Source: Eledone cirrhosa (Eukaryota). Taken from it: a DNA stretch of 64,000 bases. Of the stretch, positions 41,801-53,900 are shown piece after piece. The translations under genes were made by a program, and so were the position numbers. Numbering within the stretch: position 1 is the first letter of the stretch; each line of letters opens with the position of its first letter. The stretch lies in assembly GCA_964016885.1 (NCBI GenBank), contig OZ024755.1:11098001-11162000 (forward strand), in the 5' to 3' direction. The notes beneath the pieces were generated by a model that saw only the letters and a program-made list of their open reading frames with translations, was not told the origin of the DNA and searched no databases.

Positions 41801-44800
41801 TTCATTTTGAGAACAATACTTTAATGACGGTATGGCCAGTTTGAACAGAAAGAGGTGAGAGAATTCTGGCTGGATATAGCCGGTTTAAATGCTAAAGGGT
41901 TAATCATACTTGTTGCAGGGTCCTTTTACAGGCAATGCTTTATGGCCTGATGCCCTCCCTGATGCCAACCCTTTTAAATACCTCTTAACGCACACAGCAA
42001 TGCAGTGTATTTATTCTAAACTGGGTACAGTTTCAAATAGAAGTATCACCATATAGATAAAAATGTTTACTTACCAAGTAGTTCCTCTTCTTCATAAGAA
42101 CCCTCTTCAACAAGATAATCAGCTATGTTCTTTAACACTGGATTCTTTGACACCAAACCATACGACTGGGAAGAACAGAACAGAGACAATTATAACCAAA
42201 CAATTTACATGCAAATATGAAATAATGTGGCCTACTGGTGAAGGATTTGGACTAATAATCAGAAAGTCAATGGTTTCAATTCTTAACACAAACCACTTTA
42301 CAGTGTACAGGGTGCATATAAACATGGCGCCAGCACTAGAGAGACTGTCATGTCATCAACAAGACTAAAGAGTCATTTCTACTTTTATGTTATTATTACA
42401 GCTCATACCTTTGTAGGTTTAGTTGGTTTCCTACTAGAGTGGATCTCATAGGAGGTTTCTTGGATGTTTAATGATAGAGGACCTAGTCCTATCAAGAAAA
42501 GCACATGAAATGAAATGTCTTGCTCAAGAACCCAACATACCACCTGGTCCAGGAATTGAACAGATGACATTATGATCACTGTGCCATGTACTGTACCTAA
42601 GTTGTCTGTGTTGTGTTGATAATCAACCCCTTTACAAAGTACATTGTGTCATTAACAGAAGAGAGGTTGTCTTGTCCACTGCAAGACTAAGGAAACCTCT
42701 CCATATCATGACATATATAAATAAATAAATAAAATAAAATAAAAAGAGTACCTTTTCAACATCTTTCTTCTCATCTCCACGATCATCCCAGAGTTTCCAC
42801 TTGGAATCTAAGTTCTGTATGATCTTAGTAGCAAGTTTGATGTCCTGCTTGACAATGGGCTTGTGGGCCGTAATCCCGTGGACGGGGCGCACCCTCTGCT
42901 TTAGCTCCCTGTTCACGATGGCCCCTAGTTCACAGTCACGCAGCTAAAAAACAAAGTGTTGTAGATGATTTTATTACGATGGCCTCCTAGTTCACAGTCA
43001 CGAAGCTGAAAAACAACAAAGCATAGATGATTTTATTATGATACCCTCCTAGTTCACAGTCACGCAGATGAAAAACAACAAAGCATGGATGATTTTATTA
43101 TATCCTCCTAGTTCACAGTCACGCAGATGAAAAACAAAGTATGGAAGATTTTATTACAATGGCTCCCTAGTTCACAGTCACGCAGTTGATAAACAACAAA
43201 CTGTGAAGGATTTCATCATTGTTTTTACATAGACTTTTCTATGCTGGCATGGCTAAGTCTTTTTCCTTCTTCTTAACCTGTAACTCCTGAAGGACTCATA
43301 GGGGCAACGTATTGACATATAGCGTTTCTAGGGCTTTTTATTTTAAAACAAAACAGAGCCCATCTCCTCTCCAGGCCTGAATACAGCAGATTTCTTCCAG
43401 AAGGATAGAGAGAGTGAGAAAGAGATATGGAGGATGAGTCTTGGCATGTTCCTAATATCATAAGACCAATGGTTCTGATGTTATCATTGCTAAACACAAT
43501 ATTTGATATTGTCTACTTACACGAATATTGTTAAGGTTCCAGCAGATTTCTTTTATGTTGACATAGCGCTCAAAAGTAACCCAACCACGCCTAAAAAAGC
43601 GACGTTCAGGCTGTGGGTCTTGAAGTGCAACTCTCATGAAGCCAGGATAACGTCGGCAAGTCTGAAAGGAAAGAAAGTCCAATAGTAGTGTAAAAAATAG
43701 TCACTCCTCATTTTTTTCATGTAATTTTGTCTGTTCTTTGTCCAACAAATCCTTTTTTTATGTTTCAAAAAATTTTACTTTTGTTTGTTAGAGTTTTGCA
43801 AAATAAAACAAATTTACAGTTACTAAGATTGTATTTCTATGAGACCACTATGAATTTCTATACTTAAATAATTCATTTAATATAAAACTGATACTTGTTT
43901 ACTTTTCATACTCTCAAGGATTCTATCATCTCCATATATAGTAAAATATAAGAGATTATCCTTACGCATTTCAGGCATCTTTGTGTCCTCATCAGAGGAT
44001 AACTACCCTATAATTTCATGTATGAGGGAATATTACTATAGCAATACTATAGATGTCAATCAGAATATGGAGAAAATAACTGAAATGGTCAATCTAATTT
44101 TTAATATTTTTAAATTTCAATGCACACAAATAACCAAACTAAACAAAGTGAATTATGTATACTCACTGCTTCAACTTCTTGTTTGGTGATCGATGGGGCT
44201 AAGTTCCGAAGAAATATTGAACAGGTTCGATGCAAAGCACGAGGTGTTTGGTTGCCATTAGCTTTACGTTGTGCATTTTCTTCTGAAGTATCAACATCTT
44301 TGTCTTTTTCATCTAGAGGAGGAGAGAGACAGAGTTTTTAAAACATATACTAAGATGATATTCTTAACACAACAAAAGATTTTAAAATAAAATTGTTGGA
44401 ATATTTTAATTTAAATAAGAAGCATTTAATATGGATGTTTTGTTTTTCAGGGAAACAGAAGTGATTTTGTTTCAGAGAACCAGGGGTGGTTTTGTTTCAT
44501 AGAACCAGGGCCGGTTTTGTTTCATAGAACCAGGGGTGGTTTTGTTTCAGAGACCCAGGGGTGGTTTGGGACAGGTTGCTATCAAAAAGGTTAAGACATA
44601 TGGCTCTGATGCTATCATTGCTAAACACAAGCCTATGAGAGAGGGAATTTGGGAAGATAGATGTACATGCAGGTGGTGGTATATGGTGTGGTTCGGTTAG
44701 ATTAATGAAGGGAGTAGAAGTGGAAAGGGAGAAATAAGATAAAATAGAATGGAATAAAGAAAAATGAACTGAAATAACATGACTGGGTAAGGAGTTGTGG

Positions 44801-47800
44801 ACTAAGAACCTTGTTGCTGGGTTAGTAGTGAACATGTTAACGCATTAGGCTAACATTACCTTATAGCAAATCTTGAAAATAAATCAGGTACTACCTACCA
44901 GTTTTGCTCTCCTTCTCCTCAGCTTTGCTGCTATCATTCTCAGCATCTTCTTCCTCTTCCTCCTCATCTTCACCCTCTGTATTACGCTCTTTTGTCTCCT
45001 CAGCACTGGCATCTTCACCCTGTGCAGCTTCAGGGTCATCTACACCTATGGAAAAGAGAAAGTATAGTTTTAATAACCTGTTGCTTGGCATACCTGTTCT
45101 ACCAAACAGCAGTGTGCCCCTATATACCACAGTACACCTTCATCACTTTACAGCGAACTTTCTATCTTTCTAAAACAATTGTTAACTCTATCCTTGCTGT
45201 ATTTCCAATGAAAGACACTTTCTGTGACTTTCAAATCATTTTGAGAGATTTGATAGTATAACAAACTTTCTGATTATTAAGCTGGTGTTTAGAACACAAC
45301 TTAAAAGGTCAAACAGAATTTTGATGTAAAATTTTTTAGATAAATATAAACACTTTGTGTGATCATCATCATCACCACCACCACCATTTTACATCCTTTT
45401 TCCATACTAACATGGATTGGATGGGTCAAAACATTCTGAGATTTCGAAAGGTCAGATGACCATGTCATGCTTATACAATCCACTTTGGCGAGTTTCTATA
45501 GCTGGAAGGCCAAGTATGTTACAGGATGTACTGGGTGCATTTTATCATGATACTACCATACCACTTTATAAAATCACTAAGTTTATCAGCACTACCACTT
45601 TACAGATTGGACTGGGTGTATTTCATCGTGACACCAGCACTTGTGGTCACCACAACAAATTAATAGCCCTCTTTGCCCTATGCTTAATCACGGGGCAGCA
45701 ATGTTTAGGGAGTGATAAAAACAAAAACAAAAAAAAGCCCACTGACCAGGGGGAGCAGGTTCTGGTCCTGGATCTGACCCACTCTCAGATTCGGAGCCAG
45801 TCTCATAACTGTATTCTGTTTTGTCACGATGACGTTTCTTCTTGGGCTTCTTCTCTGTATCCTGAAAAAAAAATTAAACGAAAAATAAAATTTGTCTTTG
45901 TCTTTTATAAATTGGTGAAGGCTTTGCTATCATAGCTGTGACACAACAAATGAAGGTATAAAAATGTATTTATAAATTGGAAACTAAGGGCTTTGCTGAC
46001 ATAGCTATAGGTATCATCATCACCATCATAGTCGTTTAACATCCATTTTCCATGCTAGCAGGTGTTAGATGAGCAGTCCCATTGAGACAAGCCAGGTTGG
46101 AGGACCGTGTTTTGCTCACAAAGAACTGATGATACACCAAATGAAAATATAAAAATATCTTTTGTAAACTGGAGAGGAAGGGCTTTGCTGACATACTAAA
46201 TGAAGATAAAATATTCAAGTGATACTCTCCTAATTCAGTATATTACATGATTCTCTTCCCACTAGTGAATACCAGAAGGTACTTATTTATTTAACTTTAA
46301 ACTCTACAAGTTTGTGGTGCAGCCTACATGAGTTACCCTTGTTTTAACAAGAAAGATAGCCTTAAAAAGCTTGTTGTATATATGTGTATGTGGCCTACAA
46401 AGCTAACCTCTGATTTAGTAAGGAAGACAGCCTTAAAACACTCATTGTGTTCGTGTGTATAATGATATACTTACAGCTTCTGAAGGAACGTCTTCATCTG
46501 TTTGTGGAAGTTTCTGCTTAGAATGTTCTGGAGATTTTTTCTGTGATTCCTCTTGGTTCTTCTTTGCAGGAGACTCTTCAGGTTGCTGGTGTAAGAAAAT
46601 ATATATATACCTATACTTATCTGAGAAAGGTGTTGAGAAAACATTGATAAAGATGAAGACTGGGAAGGCATTAGGGCTAACAGTTGTGGCAGATATGTTA
46701 AAGACAGAAGGGAGTTGGGATGTGAAGACAACAGAAACTATCAACTACTTCTACGGAAACCTCTGAGCATTTAAAGGAGCTTGTTTCCTGTGAGCTCTTG
46801 TGACTTACTGCTCCTGTGCATTAACCACAAACAAAACCTATATTCTTTGCTAGCCTGGCTGAGATCTCACTACATTTGGAATATAGAATAGAATTTCTAG
46901 CTGCTCCTTTCCTGCACACTATGCAAAGCCATTTCCCTGAGGGGATCTGGACCATGCTTTCCTTTCTACTTACATATGGCTACACACATGCATATGTATA
47001 TGGAAAGTTTGGAGGCAGAGTGGTTAAATATCATTTGTCAACTTACATCATCTTTTTTCTCACTCTCATCTTTCTTTTCTTTATCCTTCTTAGAGTCGGC
47101 AGCTTCTGTGGTCTTTTGTGGAGTAGTTTTGGTTGGTTCTTCAGCTCTGAAATGGTAAATCATCATCATCAGTAGGTGAACAAACTGAGACAAGTTAGGT
47201 TAGAGAGAATTGTTTGATCCTGTATAGAGGTCTTGACAACCTCTTATGTATTGATGACATGATAAAATGAACTCGGTATACTCTGTAATGTGGTTAGTGT
47301 TAAGAAAGGCATCCAGCTGAAGAAACCATGCCAAATATGGAACATATGAGCAAGATGTGGTTCTCAAATCAGTCTAGGCAAGGTCCATGATAACCAGTGC
47401 AACCAATACCAGCATGAAAAACAGACGTAAAATATTGACCATTTTTACATTTGCTTTTATCCAGACATACATGGATTCAGATGAGGCAGGTTTTCTAAAG
47501 CTAGGCACCCTTCCTGATGCCACAACATAAGTGGTAGAAAGCAGTAGGATTTGAACTCAGAACACTCAGACCAGGAACAGATATCATAAAGTAACCTATT
47601 CAACCAAACCCATGATCCAGCACTTTATTGACTCCAAAAAGGATGAAAGGCAAAATCGACCTTAGAGTGACATGAAATCAGAGCTCAGAATCAGAACAAA
47701 TACTGAGCTGGTCAAGCCAACACACTAACGACTCTGCCAATTAACCTACTAATGAAATCACATACGAAATGAAACTTACTTTTTCTCTGTAGTAGTTTGA

Positions 47801-47924
47801 GACTCTGGGTTAGTAGAACTGTGGACAGTTTCCTCTTTCTCAGACAGTTCAGGTTCATCTAAAACCTTCAGGTCGGTATCATCTCCACCTTCTAATTTTA
47901 TAACAGCTACAAAATATAACATTT

Positions 47925-47987
<63 letters not shown>

Positions 47988-50900
47988 TATAGAACCAGGA
48001 AAAATGCACTACAATCCACTGCACCACTCACCTGCATCTAGCAACTTGATAAGATCCTCTGACCTATCCACGTCAACAGAGCAGGCCTCCACCCTCTTTT
48101 GGTTCATCAGTTCTAGATAGATCTCAAGCCGGCGTCGAAGGGCAGTGTGTTGGTCCTCCTCTCGTTTGGAACATTCTTCAGGATGATATTTATATTTGAA
48201 CCTGTGGGGACAGAACACCATTAGTAAACAGCCAACAATGTGCTCTAGTTTAAAACAAAATGAAAAAAGTGAAATGAAAAAAGAAATGGATAATGGAAGA
48301 CTAAGAAAAAAATATAAAGCCTCTTGTCTAAAAACATTTCTAACATATTTAGATCTTTGTTGGTGACAGGAAGGGCATCCAGCCATTGAAAACTTGCCAA
48401 ACAAAGAGTAGAGAGGATCTTCAGTTGAGTCAAAGACATGACCACCTCCCTAATGCTGGTGCCAAAATAAAATGCATGGTGCACTCTGTAAAATGTGGGA
48501 AATGGATGAAAATGAGATGCAAGTTCCTGTCTCATCTCAGGGATCAGTGACTGACTAAGTACTGACTTGGCCTGTGATAACCCATCCAACCTTGCTAACA
48601 GCAAAAATGGTCATTAAATCATGATGATGATGAAAGTGACAATGATAGCACTGGTACCAAAGTGTTCATACTGGTACCACGATAAAATGTACTCAGTATA
48701 CTTTGTAAAATGTTTGTGCTGGTATCACAATAAAATAAACTCAGTATACTCCATAAGGTGGTTAGCGTGGGAAGGGCCACAGAAACCATACCAAATATAA
48801 AATGTAACCTACACCAGCATGGAAAGTGAACGTAAACTGATGACAATGTGATGGGGAGCCATGAAATGGAGGAATGCACCAAAGGAGCAAAACCTGTGAC
48901 ACATCAGCAATTTGTAACTGATCCTTTTCCTTTCAACACATACCTGGAACAACACACACACACACATATATACAGATAGCCACACACAAACATATATAGA
49001 AGTGCATGTCATCATAATTCTTTCACACTGTCAAAGTTCTACCTACAGCACTGTATGTTTATGGCTTACATACACCAACATAAAGATTTAAAACTACACA
49101 TTGTGTCCAATGTGCTTCCAATAAGGAATTCATCCAGTCCCTGGTAAAATGTTTGTCTAAACTAAACAATGTAAACTACCAAACTTTATAGTAAGCTCGG
49201 TGCTCTATCTTATCAACATCTCTTGTCCCCTCCCTGTTTATTCTTAAATGCCAGGTACTGAATTTAATAAAATTAACTTTTAACATCCTGTACCACATCA
49301 AACCACATTAGCAAAACATTCTTGAAAAATACAAAACAGCACAATGACTGCATTACATTAAAATATTTAAAACTGCAAATATTCACAGCAATCTGCCCAC
49401 AAATAAAGATATTATAAATATTTGAATTAACAAACCCATTTTTAGGGATTTTCTGCTAAATCATTACAGAATGTTAAGAGTTACCAAACCTATTTTTTAT
49501 ATTTTCTGCTTTAAAATATTTTTTTACAGGATGTTAAGAGTTAAAATTATATTTTAAAAAAAACGTTTTAATTAATACAAAGATCAATTAAACAAAGATG
49601 TTAGTTTATGTTAAAATGCATCCGACAATGGAGGCAAAATTGAATTGTTTAATTCAATTAATTCAAAAAGCGTTAAATTAACAAAGTGTAGGTGTATCTG
49701 TATATGTTGGGTGTTTTGGCATGAAGGGATTCTGTTTCTGTTGGAGCAAACAATGTATGTGTGTGTGTAAGAGTATGTATGTATGTGTGCATGGTAGTAT
49801 GTGGATGAATCCATGTCATTAGGGGAAAAGATGAGATGAGATGGCCAATATTATAGAACACCCAACACTCTTCAAGTTTTTTCCATCTCTGCAGCGAAAT
49901 TCAACAAAATGTTTCATGGTATTTATTCCAGCTCTTTGTGTTCTGAGTTCAAACTCCACCCAGGTCAAATTTTGATTTGATCCTTCATGTGTGAATAAAT
50001 AATATGTACCAATCTAGAGCAGTGGATTGGCAGTATTCTTAGTGTCGGGTGGCATGCCTTGCATTCTGAGTTCAAACTCCAACCAGATCAACTCTACATT
50101 TCATCCATCCTGGGTCAATGAATATAATATACCAGTCTAAGGCAGTGGATTGGCAGAATTGTTAGAGTATCAGACGAGATGCCTTGTGGTGTTTATTCAA
50201 GCTTTTTGTGTTTCCAGTTCAAATCATGCCAAGGCCTACAAAAGAATGTAGGCACAAGGCCAGTAATTTTGTGTGATGAGCAAGTCGATTAAACGAACAC
50301 CAGTACTTGACTGGGACTTCATTTTATCAACCCTGGAAGGATGAAAGCACAAAGATGACCTTGTTGCAATTTGAACAGAGAATGTAAAGAACTGCAACAA
50401 ATACCACATAGCATTTGGTCCAATGCTCTTACGATTCTGCTAACCTATGTCCACTTTCCTCATAGGTATGGGCTGGATGGGTTGTCATGGTTTGAGACCA
50501 GGTGGATCGGGGCAAATAATAATAATAAAAGAGATTACTTAAATAGTTACAAAATCAAAAATTTGATGGGGAGGAAACAATCAATTATATTGACCTCAGT
50601 ACATGACTGGTACCCATTTCATCGACCAAGAAGGATGAAAAGTAAAGTCGACCTTGTTGTGGTGGTATTTGAAATCAGAACATAACAGTCCATTAAAATG
50701 ATAAGCGTGGGTGGGAGTAATAATATAGATGAGGTATTGGGGTGTTTGTGTTAATATATAGTAGTCTTTGCATGTGTTTTTTTTTGTTTTTGTTTTAGAG
50801 AGATTTGTTGTATTTTTGTTATTGTTTTGTTATTATTATTGTTGTTGTTGTTTTTACAAGACTTTTACATCATTACCTGTAAGCAGTGCCCAAACAACCA

Positions 50901-53900
50901 GCAGCTAACAGCTACCAATGGCAGGCCTCAAAAATAGATAGCAGCTGTCAGCTCAGCTGTGCAAGTAAGTTCCTTCCGCAGAAAAAGCCATTTATATATA
51001 TGTATGTATATATATAAATATATTTATAAAAAAAAAATATAAATAAAATAAAAGCCTACTGAGAGCCCTTAACTACTTAGAAACTTGAAAGTACTACACT
51101 GCATTGTGCGCAGGTCCCTAACTAGCTAGCAATAGTCGGAACAGATGTGTATGTTTTGGTGGTTCCGGAGATTCTGGTCAAAGCTGTGCAGAAGGAAGAG
51201 CCTTCAGGAGGAAAAAAGTAATTAGTAATCAGCAGGAAAAAAAAAGAATTATCATTATTATTATATACATATATATAAATATATATACATATAAATACTG
51301 AATTGATTTGTTTTACTAATAAGCTGTGATTGTGAAAAAACAAACAAACACATTTGTACATATTAATTTTTAGTGTCCCAAAATTCCTCTAGGTATTTGA
51401 AAGTTATTTCATGTTTATTATTGATAACTTTTGGGATGCACCCTCTCTCATTCTCAATATATATATATATATATATATATTGATTTTTCGACGGTGTCAA
51501 GCACAAATTTACAGATGTAGTAACGTCAACTAAATAGACACACACACCACCCATCTTTCTTGTTACTTATAGTTTTCTAGATACTTTCTGCTTCGCTTTA
51601 TAAACTCTACAATTACACAGAAGAAGAGTCATTTAAACCTTTCAAAATCCCACACTAGCTGCTGTTTACTTCATCATATATTTCTTGGTGTCAACATTTT
51701 CATTGTGACACAGTGACCAGGTCACAGACAGTGTGACAAAAATTTTGACAAGAAATAAATGATAAATGTAGAGTGATGTTAGCACTTTTGTGTGTGTGTG
51801 TGTGCGCGCACGTGCAATGTGGCTAAAATGACTCATCCACAATGTAATTGTTTTAGTTTTAACACACAGTGACAGATCAAGTCGCCTGCCTGACAACTAA
51901 AACTATGACTAAAATGACTCATCTGTGACAAAATTGCTTTAGTTTCAACTCAGTTTCATATCAAGTCACCTGCCTGACAAGTACAACTGAGAAAATTTAT
52001 AAACACTAACACCCAACTAACACTTCTGCTGATAAAGCCACTGCATATCTGCTTCTAACTGCACATTGCCTACACACACACAGTGAAAGCTGGAGCAAAG
52101 TAACCTAGTAGATGAGTCAGTAGATAGACATCTGTACCAGCTCACGAGTCATGAGTTCATTCCAATTCACTGTCAATAGGTTTCACTGTGCTACAGAGTG
52201 CCAGAGTGTCTGGTAATTGTCTAACTTCTGTTTTCCACGCTAGCATGGGTGCTTCAGGTTGTCCTGTTTGAAGCAAGTTGGGTCAGGTGACCGTGTCTTG
52301 CTCATACAGAACTGTTTCTGGCTAGGTTTCTACGGCTGGATGCCCTTCCTAACGCAATGTTTCCAGATATTCTGCTCTAATCAGTAATATCACATAATTC
52401 ACTGTTGATCTATTGTTGGGTAGTTAGGGTATATCTATACATTCTGAATGTATAGATGAGCGTTGGTGGTTCAATATCTGCTAGGAAAGATGTAAGGTAT
52501 TTTTATAATTCACTTCCTCGAGTGACAGGGATCGGGAACATGTGGCCCATTAGCCTATCTCTTAGGTGCTGGAATTTATTTTTGTTTTTTTTTTACTCTA
52601 TTCAATTTTATCAAATTAAAAGCTCCGAATTATAATATGGACATTGATTAAAGCAATTTCAGATAAGATCCAAAACCAAAATTCACAATGAGTAAAAAAA
52701 AAAAGGGTTAACTAAATTCGCGTTTCTTTGTAATTAAGTTTGTTTATGATAAAATATACAACTTCGATTGTCTCAATAGCTCCTCAGATTGAAAAGGTTC
52801 CTGATCCCTATCATAAGAGACATAGATTGTATTTGATGAAGCCCAGACCTTTCTAAATTAAACTGAAGGAAGAGTGGGGGCTCAGCACTAAAAGGTGAGG
52901 AAATATCAATTTTACTGTGATTTATGCTGTTCACAGTGAATTGTTGTCCCTATTGTATGGTGCCTGCAAACAGCAAAGTGGACTGGACCACTTAACAGTT
53001 GAAGACACAATACTGTTATTGGGTCATAGAATATAATATATATATATTAAATCTGTGAAGCTATATCAGTGACTTGAGGGCTAGGAGCTTCATGGTGCTG
53101 TGCATTCTTACACTTGATATTTCTCAGATATACTAATCCGACAATGGGAAAAGTTTTGCAAATGAATGGAATGACAAAAATATACTCTACTTTTCACTCG
53201 TTTTCTAACTAGCATTGTACTAACTTTCCCATAACAATCATAACCACATACCTCACAATGCTTCATATAAAAATACAAAAATTAATTAATAGTTTTTTTT
53301 TAAATTTTAGAGAAACAAATTTCTTTTTTTAAATAGCAGTGAACAAAAAAAGAAATTTCTTTTTAAATAAATAAAATGACTCAAATAGAAAAATGAAGAG
53401 AAAGCAGCACTTTGAAGTCGAGTTAACGTGTAAATACATGGTACCCACCATTCTTCATCTTTATGGGAAAGGAAAAAGTCTGTTATCTGATTCTTTTTGA
53501 ACTCCATCTTGTACTCATTGTACTTTTTGATGGCATCTTGGTCACTAATGCTGTCGTCCTGCTGAGAGAGGAACTGTTTAATGGTCAGCATTGGAGGTTG
53601 GGTTGGGTAGTCCAGTTCAATTCTGTAACAGACAAGAAGGGGAAAAGGAAAAAAAAAATTACAGAAAAATTGAATAGTCTTGCAACATTCTTTAACTGTT
53701 CTGATAGCAAACATTTTAAGTGTTTATCATCATCATCATTTTACATCCGTTAGGTCGTGTACAGCAGAAACACCCAGCCCACACTGTAAAGTGGTCGTGT
53801 TGGTGCCACGACAAAAAACACCCAGTCTACACTAAAGTGGTCGTGTAGGAGTCATGACAAATGCAGGTTTAGCTGGCATTTTAAGAGGTTGTATCTCATA

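Noticed and set aside
42917-43205. Repeat-spacer appearance resembling a CRISPR array
   Set aside because: The 'spacers' are similar to each other, the context is a eukaryotic intron and there are no cas genes; it is a tandem duplication.
43966-44007. Possible 42-nt in-frame cassette exon ([14 protein letters not shown]) with ag| and |gtaagg
   Set aside because: There is no pyrimidine tract, it would interrupt the RRM, and the sequence is better explained as the hammerhead motif.
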